A stretch of DNA of 64,000 bases from the human T2T-CHM13v2.0 reference genome, Homo sapiens, in assembly GCF_009914755.1 (NCBI RefSeq), contig NC_060936.1. One strand, 5' to 3'. Shown piece by piece: positions 17,820 to 31,760 of this stretch (position 1 is the first letter of the stretch; the number at the start of each line of letters is the position of its first letter). Both the position numbers and the translations under genes were made by a program. The notes below the pieces were generated by a model. It was not told the DNA's origin. It saw only the letters and a list, made by a program, of their open reading frames with translations, and searched no databases.

Positions 17820-19246
17820 GTATGCCCTTTCAACACATGGTTTAAGCCATCTTTTTTTCAGAGAAGTTCTCTTGATTTATACTTTCTAGTATTTGTTCTC
17901 TTTCATTGCTTTAGTTTTTGTGCTCAGGATGTCCCTTTATGTGTATGCTGAGTCTTCTTTTCCTGTCATCTATAATTGTCACTGTCTCTCAAATACTTTT
18001 AACACTTTCTTTTTAATTTTTTTTTTTACTTTTTATGTTCTATTTCTCTAAAGGCATTCATTATCTATTTGTTTATTCACTGTTTTGTTCTTCCTGGTTT
18101 ATTTTCAAACTCTGAAGTAACATTTTGTTTTAGTAATGATTTTCTACATTCTATGAGCTCAAATTTCAAATCTTCCTATACTCTTTTTCTCTCTTCTCCA
18201 ATTACCTTATTTTTGAATTTTAAAAATTATGATTTATGTTGTTTCATAGCTATTAACATTTTCTTAAATCCTTTTGTCTCAGTTTAAGAAATTTGGTTAC
18301 AGTTATGATGTATCTTCCTATGGAGATTGTCCTGGCATGCTTTCATTGTCTGAAAGGATAATATTTTGCTCCTAGTATTTTTTTATTATTATAAAGACAT
18401 TGGTGGGATTTGATAAAAATTCTTTTCTGTTGTGATTTTCATGGTATTTATTTTTCTGTATTAGAAAAAGGTAAATCAGGATATCTTTCCTAGCTTACTG
18501 GTTCTAGATTTCTCCCTTCTGTTCTTTTAAAAATGTGTTCAAGCCAGACACAGTGGTTCATACCTGTAGTCCCAGCTGTTCAAGAAACAGGCAGGAAGAT
18601 CCCTTGAGCCCAGGAGTTCAAAGCTGTAGTGAGCCACGATCAAAATGTGTTCAAAAACAAAAGCTGGCATTTTCCTGAGGTTTGTTAACTTTGGCTCCTT
18701 CTCCCCAGTGTTTCTATAAACCATTTCTTTTCTTTGTTCATATTGAGATTCTACTCAGTATTTTCTATGCAGTACATGATTTAATATTGGAAGAAAATTT
18801 TCACTGGTTGCTAGTAAGAGATTATAAATCCCAGATTTTTCCAGCATCATTGTGCTTCCATCACCCATTAGCTCTTAACTGCGAATAATCTACAAAGTGA
18901 CTAACTCAGTTACTCCCAGGTCCACCTGCTAACTTCAAAATGCCCTGATGAGTTTACCAGTGACTACCTGCTAGTGATTTAGGTACTTTTCAGCTCTTGT
19001 AGACATTAGAATCCTTATGTCTTTCCTCTGCTTTCTCTCACATTATTGCTGACACCACATGGTGCTTCTTGGTGGTACTGGTTGGTCCCTACCTGTTCAT
19101 ATTTTGATGTTTAAAGTTAACCTAGTGTTAGCTTAATGGTAGATGTTGTCTATGTGTTTTAGGTTTGGCTATCCTAGTTCCTTTCCCTGTTTATATGGAA
19201 TTTGGAGAAATTTAATAACTCTGATGCCATCTTCCCAGAGTCCCCC
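17820..19246 (-). mobile_element. HAL1/L1M5-type ancient LINE including its 5' end
   Basis: T-rich antisense ORF1-like sequence; end reads GGGGACTCTGGGAAGATGGC on -. Confidence 0.55.
18543..18641 (+). mobile_element. Tailless Alu monomer (FAM/FRAM-like) with a 13-bp TSD
   Basis: AAAATGTGTTCAA at 18530-18542 and 18642-18654; element stops at gagccacgatc with no poly(A). Confidence 0.85.
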
Positions 19247-19475
19247 ATATTTGAATGTTTAAAAATCAAGTTTTCCAGGTTTATACTTTTACATATTTTG
19301 TTCTTTCTTATGTATATGCTTTATCATATATAGTTGTGTGTGTGTGTGTTGGTGCAGCCATATGACATGTTGAGTGGAAAAAACTGTAAATTTATAACAT
19401 GCATTCCAACTTTATAACTATTATATGTAAGCCAAATCTCATTATAATCCTCTTGTATGCATATTTTGGTCTCTA

Positions 19476-19478
<3 letters not shown>

Positions 19479-19515
<37 letters not shown>
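19479..19515. repeat. (CA)n microsatellite
   Basis: Direct reading. Confidence 0.97.
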
Positions 19516-19518
<3 letters not shown>

Positions 19519-20858
19519 GGACTCCTTGAAAGGTAAATGAGTCCAAACTTTAGGGTAGAAAAAAATCACTATGGATATGAAACATCTATTGTTGCTTCTT
19601 ATTTTATAGATGAGAACATTGAACTCTAAAAGCAGTTGTTACTAAATGTAAGAATGTTTCTTTAATAGTCAGAAAAAAATGCTGAAATAAAGAGAGACAA
19701 ATTTCAGGGCCCTCACTGGCCAAATTTATATAGTTTGGGCATTAAAATAAGATTCATGATAATTATTATGACCATTATAGTAGTTACTTAAACAGACTAA
19801 ATCTAAGAAAGTCTATATGTTTCTAATAATACTCAAATAGGAAAAGTTTATATAAGATTACCAATAGGTATTATAATACACAAAAATTGTGATTATAATA
19901 GAATATATTTAATAGTTTATTGATTTGAATATATAAGGGATTGTTAATATATAAAAGTATTCATTAAATATTTATCTGTAAAGTTTAGGTATTTACTTTC
20001 TTTGATGAACACAGAGTACATAAGGAAACCATGTTATCCCAGCAAAAGTGGATTCACTAGCAAGAAAAAGAAGGTCTGATTAGCACATATAATGAATCAG
20101 ATTCAAAGGGTATCTACAGCTAATCAGCTTCAATGGTCACACACAATAACCAAGTTTTAAAGAATGGTTCAACCACATGTCTTAAAATGAAAAATTAACC
20201 AAATGTACAAAAGAGTAGAGCTGACTACAACACAATCTCTCATCTCCTAGGAGTTGACAATTCTTGATGGTCCAACTAATCATAATAAAATACTAATAAG
20301 ATACTACATAAGTTTTTAATTGCACTAACAAACCAAACTAGCACATCAAATCGACAGGGCAATGGATAGGTAAAAATTAAGAGAATCCTTCATTTCTTAG
20401 AAAGCTATTGAATCTCAAAAAATCAAAACCTTTTTAAAGAAAAAAAAACAATAAAAGTCCCATGATGTAATGATTACAATTTTACTATTAAAAGGTATTT
20501 ACTAACCATTAGTAGCCTAGAAAACACCTTGGATGACTCGACTAGGGCCATGACCCAACAAAGACTTGAACTCTAAATAAATCATACCCCAAATCTGGTT
20601 AGTCTGAAATGATACCCTTTTCTTTAAGATGAAAGATTATTAAAACCCCAGGCAGAGTTTTAATAAAAATTTAGGAAGACAAACTGAGAAATAAGGAAAA
20701 ATTTGGATAAGAATAACCTAAAACACTTTCATTCTTGACTTTAGAGTATATATATTCATTAATTTTGTAACTTTTTAACAGTGTCTTGTCTTTCTAAAAG
20801 GCGTTTCAAACATTGAAAATAACCTAAAATGTAAAGTGTTTTTAAAATGTTTTTGATA

Positions 20859-21144
<286 letters not shown>

Positions 21145-21329
21145 GTTTTTATTAAATAATAATATTTAAATATTTGGGGGAATTTACTTTGCTAGGGTCA
21201 TAAATTTTCTCTTGTTAATTTGTGCAATTGATTATTTAAAGGAATTTTTAAAGCTTATTGTTTAATAAAATTATAACATTAATAAACTGGACAATAATAA
21301 GTCAGATATTAGTATTACTCATCACACAA

Positions 21330-21900
21330 AAGCTCATCATACATTAAAAACTATTAATAAATTTCTAGTCATGAGAAGGCAGGAATTTATAAAGAAAACA
21401 AGTAAATAAGCAAGGAAAATTTCAGGTAGTTTGAGAGAAGCAAAGTAGAGGAGTGCAAAAGAGCCTTGGAGATACATTAATTTAGATTAGGTTCATGGAA
21501 GTCTTCACTGAAGCTATAATATTTAGAGTGAAACTTACATGACAAGAAAGCACTAGTTATGTAAAGATTTGGGAAAGAAGATTCTGGAACAACAACAACA
21601 AACAGCCAGAAAAGACAAGTGTCCAACAGCAAATGTCCTTTGCTGTATTTGAGACGTAGCAAAAAGGCCATCATGGCTGGAAAATAATAATTGAATGTGA
21701 AAATGGTGGGAGGAAAAACCAGGTCATGCAGGGCCTTGTAAGCCACAGTAAAGGGTAGATATTTTATTTCAAATTCAGTGGGATGTTATTGGAGGATTGG
21801 ACACAAATAAGTCAGGAACCAAATATTTGTTAGTCACTGTTTCTATTTGGTAAATAGATTGTTGGGGAGCAAAAGTAGGTGATGGTAGACCAGTTCTCTT
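21330..21900 (-). mobile_element. L2 LINE fragment
   Basis: aggtcatgcagggccttgtaagccacagtaaag...ttggaggatt is a typical antisense L2 motif. Confidence 0.7.
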
Positions 21901-22156
21901 TATCTACTTCCAACCTAGTTCAAATACTGCTTTGTCCCATGAAACCTTCTCTGTTTACATGAATGGAGATAAATGTCTCTTTTTTTATACTTGATAACAA
22001 TGTGTTGCTACTCTTTTGTGATATTCATTATATTCAGTCTGTATTTGGGGAAGCTGATATGTTTTCTCTCCCTTCAAAAATTTTGTGTAAGATCCTACAG
22101 GGTAGGGATTAGACTTTATATATCTGTACATTTGTAACAGAGCCTAACTCTGTGAC

Positions 22157-22345
22157 TGTATTACTTCATTCTTACACTGCTATAAAGAGCTACCTGAGAC
22201 TGGGTAATTTATAAAGAAAAGAGGTTCATTTGACTCACAATTCTGCATAGCTGGGGAGGCCTCAGGAAACTTACAAACATGGTGGAAGGCTACCGGGAAG
22301 TAGGCATTGTCTTACATCGTGGAGCGCGCGCGTGCGAGAGAGAGA

Positions 22346-22376
<31 letters not shown>

Positions 22377-22558
22377 TGAAGAAAGCGACACACTTTTAAA
22401 CCCTCAGATCACATGAGAACTCACTCACTATCATAAGAACAGCAAGGGGGAAATCAGCCCCCATGATTCAATCACCTCCCACCAGGCCCCTCCCCTGACA
22501 TGTGGGGATTACAATTTGACATGAGATTTGGGTGGGGACACAGAGCCAAGCCATATCA
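22157..22558 (-). mobile_element. MaLR solo LTR (THE1D/MSTA-like) with internal (GA)n
   Basis: TG...CA termini; gagatttgggtggggacacagagccaagccatatca end; TSD GTGAC/GTGGC. Confidence 0.92.
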
Positions 22559-23269
22559 GTGGCTAATACAAAATGAATATTATACGGGGATGCAGGAATA
22601 AGAATTTATTTTTCTCAGCGACAATACATAGAATCATCCCATGTAAGTGTCACATGAATTAAAGGATAAATGACTGTTGGTATCAATATGAATGAAATGT
22701 GAAGAAAATGGAAAAGGGGGTGTCTGGACATTTTATTTAGGACCAATTTAATGCTTGTTTTGCATGGAATTAAGAAAATAAAACTGTTTTTAAATTTTTA
22801 AGGACTTAATTAATGTAGGTGGGAAAAATAGGGTTGAAATGCTGCTGTCAATTTGACTAAGTTCCATAGAGGGAAAAAGTGAAAGAAGTAAATAGCTTCT
22901 GTATTGTTTGTTCCGAAAAAGAAATTAAGAACACACCTCCTGAGCAGTATTAAAGAGACCAAATATCATATTTCAGGAGGAAATGAACTGAGCAAAGGAA
23001 AGCCAGGACTAGGAGATGTACTGGGGTCAGCACACAATGGTGGGCAGGAATGAGAATGAAGAACATTGTAAGTGTGTATGATACAAGACTTGTTAATCCA
23101 TGAAAGAGACTTCCAAATAGAAGCAGGAGAAATGATTAAGGTCTATAAACAATGAAGGTATTCACTTATCGGCATGGACTTACTTACCTGGGAGAACCTC
23201 CTGAAGTTAGAAAAATACCATTTCAGAGCAAACAAAAACAAGACAAGAATTAGCTATCTTCTACTCCAT

Positions 23270-23400
23270 GCTTTTTATTCTGTAGATGAGGAAGTTGAAC
23301 TATAGAAATATGAAATAGCATGCTGAGATCACACAGCTAAATAACAGAAGCACTGAAATTTGAATCCAGGTTTCCTAACTTCCATTCATTGCTCTTGCCA
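23270..23400 (-). mobile_element. MIR
   Basis: Core gtagatgaggaagttgaa...gagatcacacagctaa...tttgaatccagg. Confidence 0.75.
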
Positions 23401-23479
23401 ATATACTCTTCAAATTGGATAATTATAACTCATTTCTTTTTATTTTTGACATAGCACTCTAAACACTTTTGGGAAAATT

Positions 23480-23870
23480 TATTCTTGCCAACTGCTCACA
23501 GTCTTGTGGGACTGTTGGTCAAGGTCTTACCCAGCTAGGGCTTGACTACAGTTTTATGCAACCAAATGCTAGAAAAATCAGACTCACTCTCTGAGACTTT
23601 GGATCCTGAACACATTGACTCTAGCACAGGAAAACTGAGGAAGCTGAATCATTGCAGCAGCAACATGCTGACAAGCCTATCAGTTAAATTCAACTTCTTG
23701 GATCCCTGGAGCTGTCTCATGCTTGCTCCTGGTAAGCCTGGTTCTTTCATTTCTCCTTTCATTCTGAAATTACCCTCACATTATTCACATTTATTTATTT
23801 TGTTAAATATTTTTTTTGCTTAGCAACGATCATTTCTTTTGCTTACAACCAAAAAATCCCTAATTGCCAC
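23480..23870 (+). mobile_element. Ancient ERVL/MaLR-type LTR fragment
   Basis: LTR-like 3' end tttcttttgcttacaaccaaaaaatccctaa. Confidence 0.45.
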
Positions 23871-25199
23871 TATGCTCTTAAGAATACAAATACATCAGGG
23901 CATGAGATAAAAAATTTAAAAAACAGTTAAAGAGAAAAGGAAATGACAGAACTGACCTTTTAGACTAAAGCAGAATTCCAGATTAGAGACACATATCTAG
24001 GCATTCATGGTCTGATTTAATACATTTTCACAAAGTAGCTACTCTGTTTGGCAGAGGTGAGATAGCAATTGTTGAGCATACAAATGAAAGGGAATAAAGA
24101 GATCTCACAATATATGTCAGAGACCCAATAGGTGGGTCTAATCAGCTAGCAGCAGAGAAAGTAGAACCCAAGAGTTAGGACTAGTAGATTGGGGTAGAAA
24201 GCTGTCAGAACAATATCTGCAAGAGGACTGAGCTACTTGGACCCCTGGAGCCACCACCTCACTCTTGCTCCTGAGCCTGGTTCTTTCACTCTTAGATTCC
24301 AGAAATTCTGAAATTGATCTCTTAATGGAGATCAAGCTGAATCCATAAGTAGATCTAAGAACAGAAGGCACAGTGAGATCACTATACACTACTATTTTTC
24401 TATCTCTTACCTAGGTTTTGTAGCTTTATTAAAATGTTACTGGAAAAAAAATGGCCAGGAAATGTGACTAGGATTCCTACCCTGATTTTGTATTTAGTAA
24501 CCCTGAGCCTGAAAGTTAATCTCTTTGGGTTTCAATTTCCTCTTATGCACAATGAAGAAAAAACACGCGCTCTGTTTACCTCCTGAGTCGCAAGAAACAA
24601 ATGAGAAAATGATTGCAATGGCTTAGTAAATTGAGAAAAAAGATCAAAAGAAAAATATTACTTTCCCTTTGGCATTGTTTCCAGCCTTCGTTATGAACAG
24701 CCATTTCTCAACCATGGCAGACAAAGAAGTTTTTAAAAACCACTTAGCTAAAGAAAAGGAGATTGTAACTCTGCTGCCAGCTTTGAAGGCCAGCCTTCAG
24801 GTTTTGTATCTCCTGGATATAAGAGCAGAACAGAGGTTCTGGGAAGAGTTTTACAAAAATTAAAGTGAAAGAAAGGTACATCATGAATGAGAAGTTATCC
24901 CCATATTCATAAATGTGTTTTGCCAGTAGAAATAATCTATTTGGAAATTAGAATATATCTCTTACTTGAGAATCACATACATCTAATATAAGTGTATCAC
25001 AAATATTTCTTGAATAAATGAATGAATGAAAATTATTCTTGCCTTGATCCAAATGCGTATACTTGTTTTCATTCTTGCCCGGTGTGATACACTCATGTCT
25101 TCTAAAATTGTGATATCAATTTTATCCTGAAAATTGGTAAAGGATCCTGAAAATTGGTAAAGGAAATAATCAAGCTTTTAATTTTTTCTTTTTTATGCA

Positions 25200-25640
25200 A
25201 ACTGTATGTCAGTATAACAAATAGTTAATGTGAAAAAAAATCTTTGTAGTAGAACTACAAAGTAGTTAATAAGTAGATAATTTAAAAGACATAGTAAAAT
25301 TAGGAAAGTCATTATTTTGCAATCCTTAGTGATCTGATCAAAGATCATCAGTGGCTTCTAAAACCACTGAGTAAAATGTTGATGGGGAACTTTATAATAG
25401 ATAGATTGGGCTGACATTCCTTGAACCTACTACTTAAGCTTCTCCTGAGTAAAAGTGGAACAACTGGACCTGATGCCTCTTCTGATGTGATGCAATAGGA
25501 ATTACATAGTACCTACATGAAATATTATTGCAAAAAAAAGTTTTTAAAATGTGAATTTAATTAAACCTAGTGATCTAACTACCAGTTTTATAGCAAGTAT
25601 TTAGAGAACCACACATTAAACAACAATACAAAATGAAACA
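25200..25640 (+). mobile_element. L1MC-type 3' end fragment
   Basis: gatggggaactttataatagatagattgggctgaca...ctgatgtgatgcaatagga motifs. Confidence 0.65.
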
Positions 25641-27312
25641 CCACACTGAACTATTCCAAATTTGTTTTCTCTTACTTCATGTAAAAAAAATTTAGTTTGA
25701 ACTACCATGTGAACAGTTATTCTCAAAGATTACAAACACAGTGTCACTAAAGTTCAAAATGATCTCCGGAAGGGTATCTGATGTTCATTCATTCACTTAT
25801 TCCACAAAGATTTATTGGCCATCTACTGTAAGTCCAGCACTGCATTTAGTGCTATAGATTCAGAAATGCACATTAGAGTCTCTGTTCTGGATTTTGTCAT
25901 AGTTCCCTCAAAAACTGGGGCTTCATTCTTTTAGATGAAGTAACTATGCAGAAATATTTGGAATGGAATAGGGAGAAAGAGCTCTGGCCTGTTAGCTGAA
26001 CATCTAATAGCTGATAAAGTAGGTATTAGATATGATCCTGGGCCATATTAAAATGTAAGTATTTGATTGCCTGATATGGTTTATTCTCAATTTACTCATG
26101 GTTTCTTCAATTTGAAAAGCAAGTATATACTTATTGTGTGTGTGTGTATGTGTATATATATATAAGTATATATATATACTTATTATATATATTTATATAT
26201 ATAAAATTGTTGAAATCAGAAAAACCTTCACTTTTTGCTTTTTTATGATTTGGTTAGCAGATATTTATGTTACAAATCTGTTTTCTTAAAAAAAACACTG
26301 TTGCAGAAAATTAACTTTAGGATGAAAGTCAGCCAGAAGAGCAATACGTATTTTGTTTAATCAGTCACCAATGAGTTTTTAGGTGAGTCAGTTGATTCTT
26401 AAAATTTTAAAAAGAAGAATGAAAGCTCTGCAATGTTATTCTCATATGACAAAATCTAACTGGGAATCCCTGCAGTGGTTACCTTTTCCATATCAAGCAC
26501 AGAGAATATATCCAGGTTTGCAATGTAATTAGAATCATGCATCACTTTTGTGGAGGAATTTTAGTTGCATCCTCTGGACAGTAAGCATTTTTCTGTCATC
26601 TTAGCTGGGAAAAAAAGCTCAGGAGAGTTGCTAGCCTTTGAAATAACCTGAAAAAGAACTCTTCATGTTTTAAAGAATACATTTTACAACCAATAAATGG
26701 GAGTCGTGAGAGTTTGGGAAAATAATTCCTTCGAACTTCCTGGGGTTAGTGAGAGTTTAATTTGCTTTAAAAGGAATATTTCTGTTTTACTGGCTTTCTA
26801 TGAGCAGCCTGAAAGACTACTTATGCCCTTAAACTTGTATCAAAGTCCTGCTTTCAGAGGGAGAGACCGAGCTAGCCATTTGTGTTTGGCATAAAAAGAC
26901 TTTGAATTGCTTTGAGGACAGTGGTAAGAAACTAGAAACAGAGAGGATAATTAGGACACCAAGAGAGGAACTGACAAGGTACTCTGGGCATTTTCATGGA
27001 CGATCTTTCATGAGAAAACTCTAAAAACAGAATGTGAGGGTGATAATATAGTGGATAATTTTGAGACTGTCTACACAGCATCCCTGTTCTGGGAATTTCT
27101 TCTCATCTCAGTCCATTTTGGCTAGCACAGGAGCTATTATGATTGTATTGTCTTTGAGTGCCTTAACTTTAAATTGTGAATCTTAAAACTTCTCAGTGCT
27201 CATGTTTCTAGCTACATGTGTGAAAACACAGACATAGCCAAATGATTGAGAGAGAAGGGCAAAGGCATAAAAATGTGAAAGGAAAGACATAGAAAATAGA
27301 GAGAGTCCTGAG

Positions 27313-27787
27313 CAACGGTGCTCTGGAAAATATTTAACAAGCAGTTCTCCAGTTAAAAAAAAAAAAAAAAAAAAAAAAAGATCTGATTGTTGCATTTGCC
27401 AATTTCTTTGGTGGAAGTTTTACCACCATGGCTAATTTGAAACTACTATCGTGATGTCACTGAACATAATTTGGGAAGAGATTCCCATTAGCACATCATT
27501 ATATGGCATTGCCAACACACAAATGCAATAAATGTAAATAAATGGGAAGAGCACAGAACACAGATAATAGTAAATATAAAATAGATAAGATTAACGTTAG
27601 TAATAGGAAGATAATTAGGAAACAGTGAGCCTTGATTATTTAGTACCTAAATAATATTATTTACTTAACTGTAAGTTTGTATGATTTAATTTTTAATAAT
27701 GGCTGTGTCTTACAACCAGCTCACAAAGTTTATTAATTTAACAAGTGACTCTGGTGAGCTGGTAGGGCTGGTTCTTGCATAACTATA
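27313..27787 (-). mobile_element. MER63B-like hAT-Blackjack element inserted in an old LTR
   Basis: Terminal ctggaaaatatttaacaag; internal gtgatgtcactgaac...ttgggaagagat; 8-bp TSD GTCCTGAG/GTCCTGAT. Confidence 0.8.
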
Positions 27788-28615
27788 GTCCTGATGGAAT
27801 ATCCATGCTTGGTTTTAGTTGCCTCTGAAGCCCAGCAACCCTATTTTTGTCCTTGGAATATTTGAATAGCTGAGTGTCTTTATAATAAATCCCTTTTTTC
27901 CTCTCTATCTCTCTCTATATATTTTTCTCCCACTCTCTCTTTCTCATTAAGTATGTAGTTTTTGTTAGATTTTGGTTATTAGTTACAGTTTTCTAGTAGG
28001 AGTTAATTCTCATTACAATTTTAGACATAGTAGGTGAAGAAAAATATACAGAAGAAATCATTAATAGAACTTTCCTTTAACCAATTCTTTGAGTAGAGTA
28101 TTGTGGTTAATATTTTGATATAAACCAACTTCAGTTTCTTCATTTTTTGCTTATATGGATTATTCATCTCACACCATCCAGGCAACCACAACAGTTCTGC
28201 TTATAAATGCCCTCAGGGCCAGAGAGAATACAACAGAGAAGAAGTCATTGCTTATCTTTGAGGTTCAAATTAGACTTTGACCAAGTCCATGGTATAAGCA
28301 ATAGTCTTGAAAGCAAGGCTTCCTAATATATCAATAGAAGCCAGGTTTTTTTGAATGATAAAAGGTTTTAATGATCTTCAAAGTCTGAGATTCTTAAAGT
28401 TATCAGAGCACAGTATTTATTCATTAATCAGAAAACGAAGAAAATATATGATGATGTAAGAGCAATTTCCCATCTCAAAAAGATAGGAAAGTTTGACAAT
28501 TATTAGTAAGGGAGAATCACTTTAAAGACATGGCTAGAGGCTTGACGAAGGCTGAAGGGTCCCATATTTCAGGAATGGGATGGTGGAGTGAGAAGCAGCA
28601 CGATGTAAGCTGTCA

Positions 28616-28929
<314 letters not shown>

Positions 28930-29221
28930 TCCTGTAATAGAAACCCAACAAATATTTGGGAGTCTCTTAGAATAGAAAAGACCACAAGCTTCTTCAAGGT
29001 ACTACTGGAGGCTTTGAACATAATCCCTGAGCAGTAAGGTGGAATGATTGAGGAAACCATGCCAGTGCCTGGATCTAAGGACATCCTCATAGATTGTTGA
29101 GCCTCAAGAAGACAGGAAGTGTCAAAGCCTGCAGACCAGAAGAAGCCTAGTAGTAGGGAAAAAAGATTCAAGATTCATATTCTTATCAAACAGAGGCTAC
29201 TGCAGTGCTGAGAATCTGTTA

Positions 29222-29578
<357 letters not shown>

Positions 29579-30164
29579 GAAGAAGAAGATGAGACGTGGA
29601 TCAGGGATGCTAACTTGCTAGTACTGTCATTGCTACTATAAATAAGCTGTCAGGAAATTAAGTACCTCTACAGAGACCAGGAGAAGAGAATAGAGGTGAG
29701 AAACAAAGTCTGAATTGACTGTTTCCTTCTCACACCTGAATTTTTTCCAAAATATTTTTTATAAGCACTTCTCACTGGGAATTCTTGTTCCAGTTTCAGG
29801 TTAGAAACAGGGGTATAATAGAGTTTGAGATTTGTAGCCTAACTATTCCTTGCTCCATTTTCTAGCCTGAAGTCTAAGATAAAAAGTAAAGTCGGAACAT
29901 GACCAAAGTACATTGATTAGTTTGTCTATGGGGTTTACCAGTTCCTGTGGGGCTATATTCTTTTCATGTAAATATATAAGACCCATAAATAGTTGTCATG
30001 ACAACAGTTTTTTATCTCCAATTCTGATATATTCAGCAGCACTTTAAGATTAAGTTTAAAGTGAATTTTAGATTTTGTACACTCTAAACATTGTAATCTG
30101 AATCAACAGATGTTGTTTAATAAAAGATGCATCAATTATTGACATTTTTAAAGGAAATAAATAA

Positions 30165-30290
30165 AGGAGAAAAGAATCACCTATGGAGCTTATGAAAATG
30201 AAGGTTTCCGGACTTGATCCTCAAAGATTTAGAATCAGTGAGTCTAGGATGACCTCAGGAATGTTTATATTAAAAAGTTGCTATCTCCGG
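30165..30290. mobile_element. MER5-like hAT fragment
   Basis: agaatcacctatggagctt...atcagtgagtctaggatgacctcaggaatgtttatatt. Confidence 0.55.
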
Positions 30291-30766
30291 TAGTATTTTT
30301 ACAAAGAAAGGAACCAACTCTACCAATCTAAGCACAAAAAGAGTTTTAGACAGATTGGAAATAGTTCATAGAATTTTTAAATAAACTGAAGGACTCGATT
30401 GTATAAAGGACAAGCACTAATAAATTCAGGTGATCTAAGTATCAGGAATTAGTTAAAAAAATTAAATTACACTTCTATTCAGTCTCATCTCAGTTTCTGA
30501 AGATTCATGCTCCAGGAAGATAGGATCTGATAGGCCAAATTTGGGTCATATGCAGGAAGAAGCCAAGACAACAGACTTGACTGGCAACCCCATCCAAGGG
30601 GAAAGGTAGCTCCCCAAACTAAAAGTAAGAGCTATTACCAGATAAATGAAGATTTGATGATAGGGAAGAAAAACCACTGTTGTTCATCATAGTATCTGGG
30701 TAACTCAGATTCGGTAATGATAATAACATGATCAGAAATTGCCATGAGAGATTTAACGATGATGTC

Positions 30767-31214
30767 TGTACTGGCTTCTGAGGGCTGCCATAACAAGTGA
30801 CTGCAAAGTAGACGCTTAGAACAACAGAAATTACTCTCTCATGGTTCTGGAAGCCAGGAGTCTGAAATCAAGATATAGGCAGGGCTGTGCTTCCTCCAAA
30901 GCCTCTAGAGAAGAATACCTCCTTACCTCTTCCAGCTCCTAGGGGCTAGAGGCCTTCTTTCATGTAGGACCGCATAACTCCAATCTCTGGCTCCATCACA
31001 CATGACCTTCTCCCCTGCTTCCCTGTGTCTCTACTTTTCTCTTATAAGAGCAGTTGTCATTGGATTGAGGGTGAACCCTAAATCCAGGGTGATCTCATCT
31101 TGAGATCCTTAATTATATCAGAAAGATTATTTTTTCAAACTAAGGCGACATTCACAGTTTCCAGAGATTAGGACAAGGATTTATTTTTCTGGGTCCACCA
31201 TTCAACCCACTATC
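30767..31214 (-). mobile_element. MLT1C/D-like solo LTR
   Basis: gggctgccataacaa...aacaacagaaatt...ttcaacccacta; flanked by ATGTC on both sides. Confidence 0.85.
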
Positions 31215-31340
31215 ATGTCCTTAAAGACTTTCAAATTTATATAATAGATTTCAAGGGTGATATAATACATAACACATTAAATATGAAATCAAGGTAAAGT
31301 GTGATAAGTGCTAAGTAACATTTTTAAAGGATTTTTTAAA

Positions 31341-31341
<1 letters not shown>

Positions 31342-31378
<37 letters not shown>
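31342..31378. repeat. (TG)n microsatellite, with an inverted (CA)n partner at about 31477-31496
   Basis: Direct reading. Confidence 0.95.
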
Positions 31379-31380
<2 letters not shown>

Positions 31381-31760
31381 ATATATATTTATAAGTACTT
31401 CCCACTGGAAATTCTTGTTCCAGTTTCAGGTTAGAAACAGGGGTTTCTAACTAATGTGATTTCATACACATTAGAAACACACACACACACACACACAAAA
31501 CTTTGGAAGCTGGAAAGTGGCAAATACGATCAATCAATTAGGTTGGTGTAAATATTTTAGCTGAAAGAAACACAAACACTGGATAATCTGATCAGAAAAT
31601 TAATTATTAAAGGATATTGAGTAGTTTATACAGTCTCCAGAAAGATGGAGAGTGAGACTCAGAAACCAGCATCAGCAACATGCCATGGAACTGATCTCAT
31701 GAGCAAACCATGTCCCCACCCACCTCTATTCCACAATTGGGCACAGGTGGCCATACCTTA

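Noticed and set aside
20000-20700. Unique-looking stretch as a 3'UTR or ancient LINE
   Set aside because: No ORF, family motif or upstream coding exon could be identified.
25124-25164. Exact 20-bp tandem duplication ATCCTGAAAATTGGTAAAGG x2, and similar ones near 6266, 45908 and 60686
   Set aside because: Ordinary slippage duplications with no sign of function.
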